Source: Phoronis australis
Taxonomy: Eukaryota > Animalia > Phoronida
Direction: 5' to 3'
NCBI GenBank assembly: GCA_002633005.1
Contig: NMRA01000140.1
Span: 372,001 to 436,000 of the forward strand
DNA: 64,000 bases
This document shows, in pieces, positions 26,467 to 39,081 of the stretch. The notes beneath the pieces are model-generated. The model had not been told where the DNA came from and ran no database searches. It was given only the letters and a program-made list of their open reading frames with translations. The translations under genes were made by a program, and so were the position numbers. Numbering within the stretch: position 1 is the first letter of the stretch; each line of letters starts with the position of its first letter.

Positions 26467-28634
26467 TCCAAGTGGCGAATTCAACGACCCGTCAAAAGTT
26501 TGCCACAGTGATATATTGATTGAAAAAAAGGGAGGGGGGCCTGTAATTTCTATAGTGTTACGTAGCAGCTGCTGTTTGGCAACCAAGTGTTGTGCAAAGC
26601 CTGAACGGTGATGAATTGTGTTATTTATTTGGTCAATATTGTTGTGACTAGAGTTTTAAGAAATGCAACCTCATCTTAGCTAGTTTTCAAATACAGGGCT
26701 GATCATTTGAGAATGCATTTTTATTATTTGTTTTGATAATTAGTCTTGGAGTTAATTTTACATTACTACTGTCACATGCATTTGCTATATCCAAAACAGT
26801 TGAGGCATTTTCAGATACATCAGCACCAATTTTAGGCAGACACAGTCTTAAGGTTCACTGACCAAATTTTAAATTCTAACCTCGTCTCAGTTCATACTGT
26901 CCCTCCATAAGTAAGCACTGTGGTACTTGCGGTGATATAGCAAACAACTTTAGCTTAGTGGAGTGAATGTTCTTAGATGGCACTGTTACATAGGATAGAA
27001 ATAAGGATTGTTACCAACAGGCAGCCTGGATGTTTTCAAGAATCTAGCTTTCGGGCCCATCCTGGGCCCTTTGTCGCGGTACTGTTACACGAAAATCCCC
27101 GCTTACAAATACTTTGAGTGCTTCAATTTTTTTCGCCAATCTCAATGTAATGAGAGGTTTAAGATTTTGGTTGTAGTTGACAGTGTTGCTTCGTTGTTAG
27201 ATATGGTTAGCAATTGTTTTGATTGCTGCCTTTTGTCCATGTTTAACCTTATGGTAACTTCATAAGATATTGTAGTATAGAAAACTGACACTTGTTAGTG
27301 AATTATGAAGTATGAAATTTTAGTGCTAATTTTTACCAATTTCTTTATGGTTTGAAATTAATGTTAAAGTATTAATTTAAATTACCGTTTTAAGATGCAA
27401 ATTATTGTTCATGACCTGTGACGTTTCAAAAGAACTCTAGAGTAAGTTAGTGTAATAATGTTCGAATGTTGATGAGTTGTTTTGCTTGTGTGGTTTTGTT
27501 TTGTTTTATTTTATGGAGGATGTCGTCTCTGTAGTTTTTTAGCTTCTATGTTAAACCATAGTGAACCTGTTAATTTTTGTTGAGGTGATTTTCAGCAATT
27601 TGCTAACTTTGTAATGGTTCATTGTGCTGCTTACTGTAAATTAGATGTTTACCTTATCATTCGCCCAGTTTATCAGGGGATGTAACTCCCAGTGGTAGGC
27701 AAGATGGTTATACCCGGGATTTCCGATATATCGCATTGTTCGTTCTTTGGTGAATGGGCGCTTTATTAGAAACTTGATTTTGCTGCCGTATTGATGCATT
27801 GCAATATCGTTGAATGACCTGATAAAACTATGACAAGCTCATACTGATTCATTACAGTGGTATTAGTGTGTAATGTTTAGTCATTTCATTTTAATACCAA
27901 GCATCCATTACACTTGAGGATTTTTCAAAACCTCATGTTAAAGATTACCGCTCTCTTGGCATACTTGTGCATTGTGCAAGAATAATTGTCAGGTTAGCGT
28001 TTAATGTTTATACTTAATTATAGATGTTAACAATGACAAACAATATCAAACTTTTCTTTATATCACTGGTCACTTTTTGTCTCCAAAAATCGGCCACTGG
28101 TGCTTTTTTCCCTTCATTTGCGGAAGAGTGCCCCTGGGGGTTTTCTGGTAATGGCCCTTTATCGGAAATCCCGATGGTATCAATTCTTGCTTACACAAAA
28201 TATATTAAAGTGGTTCATATAAAATTGGTCGTTAAGTTGAATACGGGCAACAGTCAGGTTTATATTTGTTGTAATGTTTTATTCTTGTAGATAACGCTAT
28301 ATCGTGTTACCTATGGTGACCATCTGGGTACAGCCAGATGTAGGAATTTTGTTTGTTCAAGTGATTATGAACCAGCCTTCCATCACGAAACCAACTTTTG
28401 ATTTAGGTCACTTACTGTTATTAAATTGGTCTCAAATTGTTCGATTTCACAGCTTTGAAAAAACTGATAGTTCGTTATTGTTGTTTTAATATGTTCATAA
28501 TCCAGAAATCACTCCCTGTCTCTGTAAGGAAGAAGTCGAGACCTATTGTCTAAATCAAAAGTTTGCTTGGGGGGAACTTAGGTTTATAGCCATGTTAAGC
28601 ATGAACTGTGTGCCAATTCTTTTTGATCGTTTGT

Positions 28635-28778
28635 ATAATGAAGTATCTGGATAATGACGTATCTGGATAATGAAGTATCTGGATAATGAAGTATCTGGAT
28701 AATGAAGTATCTGGATAATGAAGTATCTGGATAATGAAGTATCTGGATAATGAAGTATCTGTATAATGAAGTATCTGG
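28635..28778. repeat. Minisatellite, 9 x 16-bp ATAATGAAGTATCTGG
   Basis: Read directly; near-perfect copies with no spacers. Confidence 0.95.
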
Positions 28779-31642
28779 GCTTTGTTCCCTTTGATGGATA
28801 GTGTTGCCAGTTACAAGGATGTCTTGTTGCAATTTTATAATTTGTGCTTGAATTTTATTTTTCTATGTTTTTGGAAGCACTTTATTTGTTGTTATACTCA
28901 TTGTGATTCTACATAGCATTCAGGTGATTATGTCAAGTTTTCATTTTCATTTCTAACAGGTCCGAGTTTGCCCAATCGGAACTCTTTCAATAAACTAATT
29001 ATTGACTAGTGACTTAGGCTTTGGGTTGGAGTGTTAGCTACATGTTCATTGTTATGTGCTTCATGGCTGTAGATGACTTCCTAAGTAGACAATCAAAATG
29101 AAGTTGGAAACTAAGAAAGTTGGTCACCAGGTGGCACTGTTGTCTCATCCACGAGTGGGCTCACCTGGAACTGCCAAACGTGTCATGGAAATTGATGACA
29201 TTTTTGGATTCTGCTTGAAAGAAGTTCAGAAAAGGGACAATTTATGGAAAGGAGAAGTTAAAAATTTATCAAAAGCAGAAATTATCTCTTCGTATTGGTT
29301 TTGATTTTGATGCCAAGTGTTATAAATGACATGCTATTCTCGCCTAATATTACTGCATCTGGTTACATGTGTGAGAGACCTGACCAGGATAAGTAAGATT
29401 ATGCATTAGTGTTAGATTACGAACTAAGTTCTACCGTGGACACAAAACATGTTCTCGGAAGAGGAGCCCACTTATTTGGACTTGAAAAGTTCATGTTGTT
29501 TTATAGGTTTCAGACATGGAATACATTTTTTTAGCGGTATTAGATTTGCCTAGACTATGTTCTGCTGTGTAGGGAACATGTCAGTTGTATTGTTGTACTA
29601 CCTGTTTCTGCGGAGTCTGTTTTAAACCAGATAATAATTTTGAATGTGAAAGCAGCCATTCAACGTTTTACAAATAGACGAAACTAATGGATTATAATTC
29701 CCAATTACCATAGTAATTTGAAGCCTGTCCTCCTGTCTCACCTCTTGGTGACTTGAGTTGACCAAAAATCCTTTCCACAGGTGGCGTTTCCGACTTCATC
29801 TGTTATATGTTGAGTGGTGCCAAGTTTCATATCGAGTGTCAGTCTGTACTTAGTTAATGGGCATCAGCTGTACTAATACTAGTGCTCGTATCATTTTGTA
29901 TACTGGATTTTTATTTCCAGTCCATAAAAACACCTACAGCCCAGTGTAGTTGCGCCCTGATAAGGAGGCTGTTCTGTTCAATATGCGCGGAAAAACTCCT
30001 GCATGGGTGTAAGTTTTCTGTAATTTAATTGATTGTCTGGTCATGCAGGAGAGATAACCCATGTCAAAATGATGTAAAGCAACCTGGTGTCACAGACAGC
30101 ATCTTTTGCTTTTTATCCAGATTCTACATTTTTATTGGTTTTTCAATTTTGACAAAATCTCAGTGTAGGAGGACCTCCTGATTTTGTGCGTATAAATAAG
30201 ACATTTTTTTAGTTCAGCTGTACTGCTCGTTTCGTTTATTATTTGTGCAAAATATCTATTTGTGTTGTGATTGGAAAATGTACAGCAGGTACTATTCAGG
30301 GCTGACCGGCTTTGGTGTCCAGATTAAAAAAAAATAATTGACAGGGTGTACAGCTTTTGAAAATACCTATCCATATGTCAAAAAAAATATTCACTGAAAA
30401 CGTTTACAGGTGTAAATGGAGCCGGTATCTCCTATACTCAGTATCCTGCTTGTGTGTATCTCAATGACGGGATATTTGCTGAATAATAGGCCCCTATGTT
30501 GGCATTCAAATACATGCAGAGTAGTACAACCAGTCCACGGGTATCCTTTTTGCGACACCTGGTGTCATCGCATGACAACTTTAGTGTCCAGATAGGCGGT
30601 TGGTGAAAGTGACGAAATCTATATATATATGTACATAGTCACGCCACTCTTGAAGCGGTTCCATCTTTTTACAAAAGAGGAGGTTCAAGTAAATGGATAG
30701 ATTTAAGATGACAACGATGAGTAGAAAGCTGTAATGGAATCCAGTGTCGTGATCTCTGTGCCAACGGTTGTTTGAGGCTTTGACTAAAAATTGGGGTCGG
30801 GACTCCTTATTGTATTCCGCCTATGCATTTGTGTAACAATACACTTCGTGGACACGCCCCCCCCCCGCCTAGGTACTTAACATTTTTGTTGATAGACTGC
30901 GCTGATGATAGTCTAGTTTCCCCAGATTACTAAGTTGTCTTTTTGTTTAACTCCATGTGCCAAGTTTCAAATGAACTGATGTATGATGCAGGAGGATTTG
31001 AAATGACATTCAGGTTAACAAAACTTTGTGCCATTTTGCTGTGTTTTAAAAAGTGTTAATATTGTCATAAGCGGATAGGGGCCAGTAGGGTCTCTTCCAT
31101 TAATGTCCTAGTGTCACGAACGTTTTACCTGTTTAACTGAATGGTAATATGTCCACCTAGCGACATGCTAGATTCGCTGTTGATGCTCAGGAAGTTGACA
31201 TGGTTTTGAATAAAGCAAACTTTCTTAATATTGATCCATTCGTGCTTATTTGATTTCGAGACAGTTTTGTTCAATTTGACTTCTCGAAATGACCAACTCA
31301 CGAGGCTGTTTTATATGCAGCCTTTTTAGCTTTTTCCATGCTGATGGTGGCTTCTTTGGAAGTTTCCTCAAATCTTTGAGGGGTATCGCAAGTTCCTCGT
31401 CAAGGTCTGACTTGTGTAGAACTTAGTAGTTTAATACCCGGCCGGTGACCAGACTGAAGCTGCAAATGAAATGAAAAAAATGGAGCGTTAACTTCCCGCT
31501 GTCAAGTGTCTCTTGGCGAGTATCCGAAAGTGAAAACTGAATTTTGGCTTCACCAATTTTACCGAGTGTAATACCTGTACAGTAAGTGTAAACTTGGTGT
31601 AAGCGGTATGACCGGGCATATACTCGGTGTACATTACCCCCT

Positions 31643-31643
<1 letters not shown>

Positions 31644-31682
<39 letters not shown>

Positions 31683-31735
31683 TAATAATAATACTGATAA
31701 TAATGATGATGATAATAATAATAATAATGATAATA
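31644..31735. repeat. (AAT)n/(GAT)n microsatellite
   Basis: Read directly. Confidence 0.95.
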
Positions 31736-32149
31736 GTATTCTCTACAGAGAACCTAATAAGGAATTACTGTACATTAAAGAGTCATTGGCCATTCAGTGC
31801 TACTAATTCTCTGAATAACATGCAGAGCTCAGTGACCGTGTGACAATATTCCCTGTATCTCTCACTTCACTTTATGGATGTTACCTGAGCTGTATGTTGG
31901 CACTTGCTGTCCTTTGGAAATATGATCCTGATGATGTCTAATGAATAGACAAAACGTTGATTGAACGTGAACTTTTTTATTTATGCGGCGCTCGTCCGGT
32001 TTTTAATGTAATTAGGTATAATGATTACAAAAATAGGAAAAGACTAATTAAACCAACAGCCAAGGAAACAGTTTCAATGAAGATATTCAGTATTAGTGCA
32101 TAATACAATGACAGTTGCAAAAATGTGACCAAGTAATTACTGCCAAAGC

Positions 32150-32335
32150 GAAAATCGTAGAGGTTTCTGATAGATCAAAATGGGCAAACGTTTATTTTGT
32201 AGCTTTGAAATTTACTGTGGAAAGCTCATTAGGTTGGTTGCAGTTTAGGATTTTACATAGAATTTTAGCAAGAAACTCATTCCTTCGCGAAATAAAACTC
32301 GGTAACACCGACAGATGTAGTTTGTGTGTCACCTT
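32150..32335 (+). mobile_element. LINE (L1/Tx1-type) ORF2 C-terminal relic, zf-RVT region
   Basis: KWANVY...LGWLQFRILHRILARNSFLREIKLGNTDRCSLC fits the W..QYKILHRIL.TN..L......C.FC pattern of L1/Tx1 ORF2. Confidence 0.75.
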
Positions 32336-33613
32336 AAACAAGAGACACCGGATCACGTTTCTTACGTTTATTACGTTACTAAGTAATAGGCGCGGCAAAA
32401 TAACAATACTCATAACACAGAGAGACAATGTTACTTGGAAGACCAGTTGTATGATGGTTTACTTTCAGGAATGAAAAATCGAGAAAACTGGATTGAAAAG
32501 CGAGACATTTCACATGCAAAAGGAAAGACACCTAGGTCTATGCCAAAGTGCAAGTGTGAAACGTTCGCCGAAACACTTAAAAACGCCCCTACTGTGAATT
32601 TGTTAAACGAGAATTACAGGTGTCGTAGTGGTAACAACAAAAAGCGCCCAGCGATGGTTTTTGTGTTTTTTTTTCAGTCGAACGGGAAATTCTGAATGCC
32701 GCAAAAACCTGTGAACGTCTTGTAGTTTTTTCTTCGTAGTCGAACGTCAAACGGGTAAACATGTGTCGCGTGGGAAATCATAGTATACTATACATGTAAA
32801 ATGTCGATTTTGCCGTATGTCAAAAAAGCAAGACATTTTAACAGTGTAGCGGGATTGGGAGAAAATCAAAATGTGGGTTAATGAGTCCGCCAAGAGCCGG
32901 ACACTTGGCAAGTACGCTGTCGGTAACGCAAAGTAATACATTGGATTTATTTAAATGGAAAGTTTTCATTTTTTGATTTTACTCCGTGAATATAGGTAAA
33001 CACTGTAGGCAATATCACTGGTTAGAAATCGACTTAACATAATATCTGGACTACAGGTACATGTAAACATTGCACAGACGAATTACTACAGAAACAGTAA
33101 CGTTTATTATTCATGCAAATAAATACACAAGAAATTTTTCGTAAGTAACGTAAACACCTCTATTAGTAAACTTCTCATTTATAATTACATATCAAACACT
33201 CAGAAACTAAATATTTTTTCTTTCCGTTTAACACTTTAGCATCATGATTTTAACACCTAAAATCAGTTTTTGGCCGTGAAATCGAATATGTCCCTTTGAA
33301 AACGACTTCTGCCATATTATTTGTTGCGCCGACTCACGAGATGTCGTTGATTTTCACGAGATTTTACTAGTCAATTCCTGTTGAGCTGACTCGCGGTCAA
33401 GCGGGTCTCGCCACTTGGTGATTAACTAGCTTCCAACATTTCTTTCTAAAGCGAAGAGTTGACTAATCTTGCGCTTCAGTTCGCGAACGCATACGTCAAC
33501 GGAAGGCGCACCAGGCAACGTGCATCTGATACGCACTTCACTTCCTCTCTTTGACATCTCGTGTCTTTTATTTCATTTCAAAAACGAAAAGGACAGGACT
33601 TGTGGCTAAATAC

Positions 33614-34633
33614 CATAGGCGGATTTAGGGGGGGGCAGGGGGCCCGGCCCCCCCCCACCTTGGCTGCCGCAAAAAAATAAAACAGCCAGAGCGTAGGGAA
33701 ATGGTGAGTTTATTAATTAAGCCCGGTAATTAATATTATACGGATGAAAAAAAAATTAAATGTGTGCAGTTTTAGTGTTGGGGGAACACGGCGCATTCGT
33801 AAGTAGGTTCTCTCGCGATATCCCAGACGACCGGCAGTGGCGCTGCGCACTATGACTCCGTTTCCGTCGTCTGCTCCACTGTGCAATGAAGAAAATTTGC
33901 TTCATTTTTTAAAGAAAATGGAACCTGAGTGACGACGAAAAAACAGAAGCTGCTGGTAAGATGTGAATTTTAATCGAAGCCTTAGTGAATCACTCAGAAA
34001 CTCGCAATACTCTCTTTGTCAAACCTTATCTTAAGACGATTTCCAAAGCAATCCCGTCATTATTGCCAACACGAAAAACGGATTTGGTCTTTTGGGCATT
34101 TGAAGACTATTCTAAATACAACAAATTTGTTAAGAACCGATTGCACAAAATATAAAACGTGTAATAAGCATTACAAAAAGAAGTAGGTTTCGCGCGCAAA
34201 CGCTGTGGACCACAAACAAGTAGGTCTTTTAGTAAGAATTAAATCGTTGTGGTGTAGTGGTAACGTACGCCCGCTCTATCCGCCAGGTCGTGAGTTCGAA
34301 TCTTAGGACCTAAGATTCGAACTCACGACCTGGCGTGTCAAATAGAAAAACTTACGGTACCTATGTTAGGTACCGTAAGTTTTTATATTTGACACGTTCT
34401 CCGTTTTTTGTTTTGCCTTTTTTTCTTGGATAATACTTCAGGAATCAAGGAAAATGCTTGATTTTAGAGGTAAAAACAGAAAAATTTCCTGGGCGGGAGG
34501 GGGTTTGCCCCCCCTCTCCCGACCTCCCCCCATTCAGTGCTATGCGCATCTACAATCATGATTCGGTTTGCGCAAATGCTTACAGCCGGACAAAATGTTG
34601 GGCCCCCCTTGTGATATCCTAGATCCGCCACTG
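33614..34633. mobile_element. ~1-kb non-autonomous DNA transposon (hAT-like termini)
   Basis: TIRs cataggcggatttagg / cctagatccgccactg with G/C-run subterminal motifs; flanks only loosely duplicated (taaatac / taatac). Confidence 0.65.
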
Positions 34634-34912
34634 TAATACTACATAAATATTCCGTTCTACTGTACAGAGCAGTGGCCTCTTGGAATCAGAAAACCCTGTC
34701 CTAGTATTTGTGTTGTGTGGCAAGAATGCCGTGTGTATGGCTGTAGCTCAGCGTCCATGGTAATGGTCCGCGCGTCGTAAGCATTTTTATTGTGCGTGAT
34801 ATGTGTTCCGTAAGTCGGTATTAGGTTTATTACTTCGTGGTACAGAGTTGTGGTGCACGCGGTAAGCGTTCAATTTCTCCCCCTACCCTCGAAACATGCC
34901 CCAGTCGGCGTT

Positions 34913-37477
34913 TTAAAGTCTCGTGTCTGCGCTTTCGACGTTTTGATTTTCGGCCAAAATTCTCGATACCGTTGCCAGCAGCGAGAAACTGCACCGATTT
35001 TTGAAACCCATAGCATCGAACACGCGACGTGTGCAAACAAACGAAACGAACACAAAACCTCCCTGGCTCGCATTGAGAACCGTAAAAATGTACCAGAGAG
35101 CTAGACTGTCAGCCGCTATTGCAACAAATCCAATGACCCAAGTTATTCCAAGTAGAACGAACATTTTCAAGTGCATCACAAATTCATGCCTTGCAGTGTT
35201 TCTCGTGGATGTACTGACCGTTTTGGACTTATTAACAGACTTGTGCAGGGTATACGCAATAAGAAAATACAAAATAACGTTAAATAAAATAGAGATAGCA
35301 ACAGGAAGGACAAAAAACACGAGCATAGAATATGTTTGAGTGAACCAGCAGATTCCCTTTTCCGCAAAATTTGGCTTAAAATCTGTTTCAGCGCCGAAAA
35401 CATCAGCGAAAACCGCCCCCAGTGCTACCAGTGCAGGCACCCCGTAAGCAAGGCAGCATAACGTAACCAGACATCGGTGGCTATTTTGAGGAGATTTGGA
35501 GAAAGAACGGAATATGGTCCATGAATGCGCACCAATCACATTCATCCACGCAAACACAGAGAGGTACGCCCACTGAGTGAGGGCGGCAAAAGTCTTACAC
35601 GCCCAGGGGTGAAGGCCAGCTATTGGGCGCAAAAGATAGAATAGGCCTGCCAAGAACAATTGCAGAACTAAACAAAACTGAAGTTTTCCTGGAAATGTAT
35701 GGTATATAGGACACACCGGTTGTAATAGTATGCGCACAGCAAGGCCCGTCTCGGAAATGAGAAGACAGACAATTGTCAATATTCCTAAAGGTGACAAATT
35801 TGATAGGTGCTGGTAGCGCCGAATGTTTTCAAGGCAAACTGTCAGGCTGCCGTTTCCAACATCACTGACGTCTTCTTTGGGAACAACTGCTTCCAAGTCG
35901 TGAATTAACACATCGCCATTGCTCTGAACTTCGAAACTCCAGATAAGCAAGGTTTTGTTACGGCATTCAGAATGTGTGTTTTTATAACATTCGCTTGCGT
36001 TCACGTTGATGTCCAACAGGTGCCCCAATTTTCTCGCAGCGAAAAGGCGTTTCATTCTAGCTTTAAAATGTTCATATTTGGTGTTGTTTTGCTCGTTTTC
36101 CTCTACACCTGACGCGCACATGTCTTTTAAACGCTGCAGGAATGTAATGTCCAGGACGTATCGCAGTGTAGCAGCGTCATGCCCTATTAATGGTGAATCC
36201 AACTTCAACGTGAAATCTGGTGCTGTGTTCAGGTCAAATCTTTTTTCCAAGCCCTCTCCTACAAGATAAGGCATGATTTGGCGATCAAAATATTCCTTGT
36301 TAGGCCTGGTGTGGTTTTGTGACGCTACATACCGTAAAATGACGCGCACGAAGGATAGCCTAAAACGAGGAACACATTGTCCATTCTCTAAGAAATAACC
36401 TTCTTCACACTTTGAAAAGTTACAGTTGTTGAGATGATCCGAATCACACGAAGCCGTATTAATTTTATCACGTTTTGCTCCTGTGCCCAGCGTACTTGAA
36501 AAGTTAATTTGAAATTTCCCTGCTCCGTTCACATCGAGTAGCAGTGAAAACGAAAATTTCCAGAAGAAATTTTTCGTTCCCGGGTTAGTCCATGGCGGAA
36601 AATTCCCATAGCACCGTAATGTTAGATTTTTTACGTACACCGGATCGTTACATATGCCACAGTAATAATTTTTGTAATAAACATTGTGAGGTGATAGGAA
36701 AACAGTTTGAGAGGAATGACACTTTTTCACCAACTCGTTCGATTTGCAATCAGAAGGACACCCGCGAACAATCTTTGGGTCGCAGTACCTATAAATGTCT
36801 TCTCTGTCTTCTAGCATTAATTCGCACCGAGAATCGTTTAACCGGTTCAGAAACTCCTTCATGTTACCTTCGACTGCAACCGTGGACAGTTCTTTGCACT
36901 GAAGATCAAACTTCCAAAACCTCATTTCGGTAACTCCATGGCATCGGGCACAATAGTAATTTCTATACTGCATCCCTGTCACATTGTCTCTGACTGGTAT
37001 TCTGTTTATTGCCGTGTTCACTGTATTCTCGCATCCATTAATTAAGTCTGTTTGTCCAAAGTGAGTCGGACATTTTGTGATCATAAGCGTTCTGTTATTC
37101 TTTGCATTCAAATTGACGCATTCCACAGAATCGGATGCCTTTGACGAGATAGTAGCACTCGATAGCTTTGGACACGAGGACCAATAATCCTCACAACAGT
37201 CTCCATGCAGCTGACACATTACGTCACAAGAACAACATCGGCTACCTGGATACCTGTATCCGTCCACTGGTGGTTGAACGATGTCACCACAAGCATTTTG
37301 GCATGTCCTCTTTCTAGGGTCATAAAGGGTGCACAGCATTGTTGAATGGTTGATATATTCGTGATCAATAGCCGTCTTGTTGTCGCAACTATACAGTGAA
37401 ATCACCGGCGTTGCTAAATGAAATAAATGAATATGCATGTAAAATATGCAAAGCCGTAGTAAGCAAGTCGAGCCCAT
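34913..37477 (-). CDS. Intronless family-B/adhesion/Methuselah-like 7TM receptor with a somatomedin-B domain and Cys-rich ectodomain (about 854 aa)
   Basis: Single ORF; first ATG at 37477 gives a hydrophobic leader; SMB motif CSCDVMCQLHGDCCEDYWSSC; repeated Y(R/K)NYYCxxC motifs; 7TM with CWF..., LGITWVIGF, FTVLNASQGGFVFVSF typical of 7tm_2. Confidence 0.9.
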   Translation of the reverse strand: MGSTCLLRLCIFYMHIHLFHLATPVISLYSCDNKTAIDHEYINHSTMLCTLYDPRKRTCQNACGDIVQPPVDGYRYPGSRCCSCDVMCQLHGDCCEDYWSSCPKLSSATISSKASDSVECVNLNAKNNRTLMITKCPTHFGQTDLINGCENTVNTAINRIPVRDNVTGMQYRNYYCARCHGVTEMRFWKFDLQCKELSTVAVEGNMKEFLNRLNDSRCELMLEDREDIYRYCDPKIVRGCPSDCKSNELVKKCHSSQTVFLSPHNVYYKNYYCGICNDPVYVKNLTLRCYGNFPPWTNPGTKNFFWKFSFSLLLDVNGAGKFQINFSSTLGTGAKRDKINTASCDSDHLNNCNFSKCEEGYFLENGQCVPRFRLSFVRVILRYVASQNHTRPNKEYFDRQIMPYLVGEGLEKRFDLNTAPDFTLKLDSPLIGHDAATLRYVLDITFLQRLKDMCASGVEENEQNNTKYEHFKARMKRLFAARKLGHLLDINVNASECYKNTHSECRNKTLLIWSFEVQSNGDVLIHDLEAVVPKEDVSDVGNGSLTVCLENIRRYQHLSNLSPLGILTIVCLLISETGLAVRILLQPVCPIYHTFPGKLQFCLVLQLFLAGLFYLLRPIAGLHPWACKTFAALTQWAYLSVFAWMNVIGAHSWTIFRSFSKSPQNSHRCLVTLCCLAYGVPALVALGAVFADVFGAETDFKPNFAEKGICWFTQTYSMLVFFVLPVAISILFNVILYFLIAYTLHKSVNKSKTVSTSTRNTARHEFVMHLKMFVLLGITWVIGFVAIAADSLALWYIFTVLNASQGGFVFVSFVCTRRVFDAMGFKNRCSFSLLATVSRILAENQNVESADTRL

Positions 37478-38287
37478 CTTCTCTGTGAACAGCACTGCCA
37501 GTAGCTTGTATTTAAGTATTCATTTTAATTACAGTAATGGTCAACTTAATTGTCAAAACAAACGGACATAAATTGTCGGTTCACGGTTGACGTCAATAGT
37601 TCATCTGGGGACATTTTATTCAGCAGTTAAAACACTTAAAAAATCAGGTTCCTGGTATTAGACGTAAGCAGTTAATGACCTCAGGGAATGACGACCGTAG
37701 CATACTTCAGTGCATGTTTTTGTTTTAAGGCGAAGGCAACATTTTTCATGTCATTTTTAGCAAAAAATAAGGACCTTTGATTATCCCAGATATATTTTTT
37801 CACTTAATTACAGCTTTTCGTAATTTAATTTATTACTCGTCCTCTACTCCGGAAGTGACGTCTTGAGAGGCAAGAATTTCGCGCCAATTTCTTTTCACCT
37901 GGTCTGATTGTGATAGTTGTCGAGTCAGTCGGTTGTGATAAGTTCGGTCGTCGCTTCCTTTGGTTTAGAGTCAGTCAACATGCATCACTGTTGCTGCGTA
38001 CCGTGATGTTCTCATTATTGTCTCAAGCGCACTTTAGTGGGAGTGTAGTGAACCAGTTCATCTGTACCATGAGGTTTAATAGGATAGTCAGGTTCGCGGG
38101 CTTTTATGCTAGCATGGCTCTGATTGGATAACGGCTGGAACATCATGGGAAGAATGATGCAACAATGACGTAACTATCTTGTAGTTCACTAGTTCTTCGT
38201 ACTTGGACCTCTACTGAGACAAGACGTGTTATTTCAACCTGCGACTCGTGTACGCGCGGCTCCTACAGTGGTCCCTCTGGAGTTTTC

Positions 38288-39070
38288 TTATTGAACCTTC
38301 CTCTTAACCCTATCAGGACAGTTATGTGCAGAGTGACCCTCCTTCTGGCACGTGTAACACTTCTTAGGTTCTCTCGAAGCACCATCCTTCCGATGGACTT
38401 CATTTGTTTTGGGCTTATTGGCAGCTGGGCAAGAGTCAGATTGGGTTTTCTTAGAATCCCATCTATTTTGGTTCTGATCATTCTGGACTGAAGATTTAAC
38501 TCTTCTGAAAGACCCTGGAGATTTTAACACAAGTTTCGGGATTACCCGAGTCTGTTCGAACAGTTACGGCCTTTTGTAACTGGGCTAACATTCCCTCAGT
38601 CTCCTTCGATTTGACCTCGTTCTGGGCTGTTACTGAAGCTATTCGATACGAATTATCCTAGACCTCCCCCTTCTATGTGGATTTTCTTTAATTAAATAAG
38701 CCGAGTGTACGTTAGCTCCCCTACCAGGCCGCCGTCTCACCCGATCTCGGGTTCGATGCTTTTCTTCCATCATAGATTTCGCATCTTCCTATAGACGAGG
38801 TTTCTTTAGCAGAACAAACTCCCCTACCTCTGCATCTAATGCCTCATCACTCTCATGGCCCATTCCGTAATACATTCTCCTGGTCTCTGATTTGCCGTTC
38901 CCAAAATCTGGCTAGCCGTGGAGGCTCTCCCTTCATCACCATAATAACTGTCTAACACCTCTAGGCCTTCATACAGGGTTACTTTTTCCAGTTCCCCACA
39001 AAATACAAAGGCTTCCCTTCTAAGCAGTACATAAACGGGTCTAAAGCCTCACCAGGAGTTATTCCAGCAT
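38288..39070 (-). pseudogene. Decayed Gypsy-type gag (capsid-like region plus CCHC zinc knuckle)
   Basis: With frameshifts and stops: EALDPFMYCLEGKP.., LEVLDSYYGDEGRASTASQILGTANQRPGECITEWAMRV (gag Q-x-x-GE motif) and CYTCQKEGHSAHNC at 38359-38318. Confidence 0.75.
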
Positions 39071-39081
39071 TGTCCACGGAG

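Noticed and set aside
28635-28778. Regular repeat array as a possible CRISPR
   Set aside because: No unique spacers, 16-bp head-to-tail units, eukaryotic context: a minisatellite.
34245-34310. tRNA gene
   Set aside because: A- and B-box-like motifs are present, but no complete cloverleaf or acceptor stem; it lies inside a DNA transposon.
38044-38191. LTR of the TatD element (tgtagtgaac ... gttcacta)
   Set aside because: The short inverted ends are suggestive, but there is no terminal CA, no second copy in the window and no TSD or PBS found.
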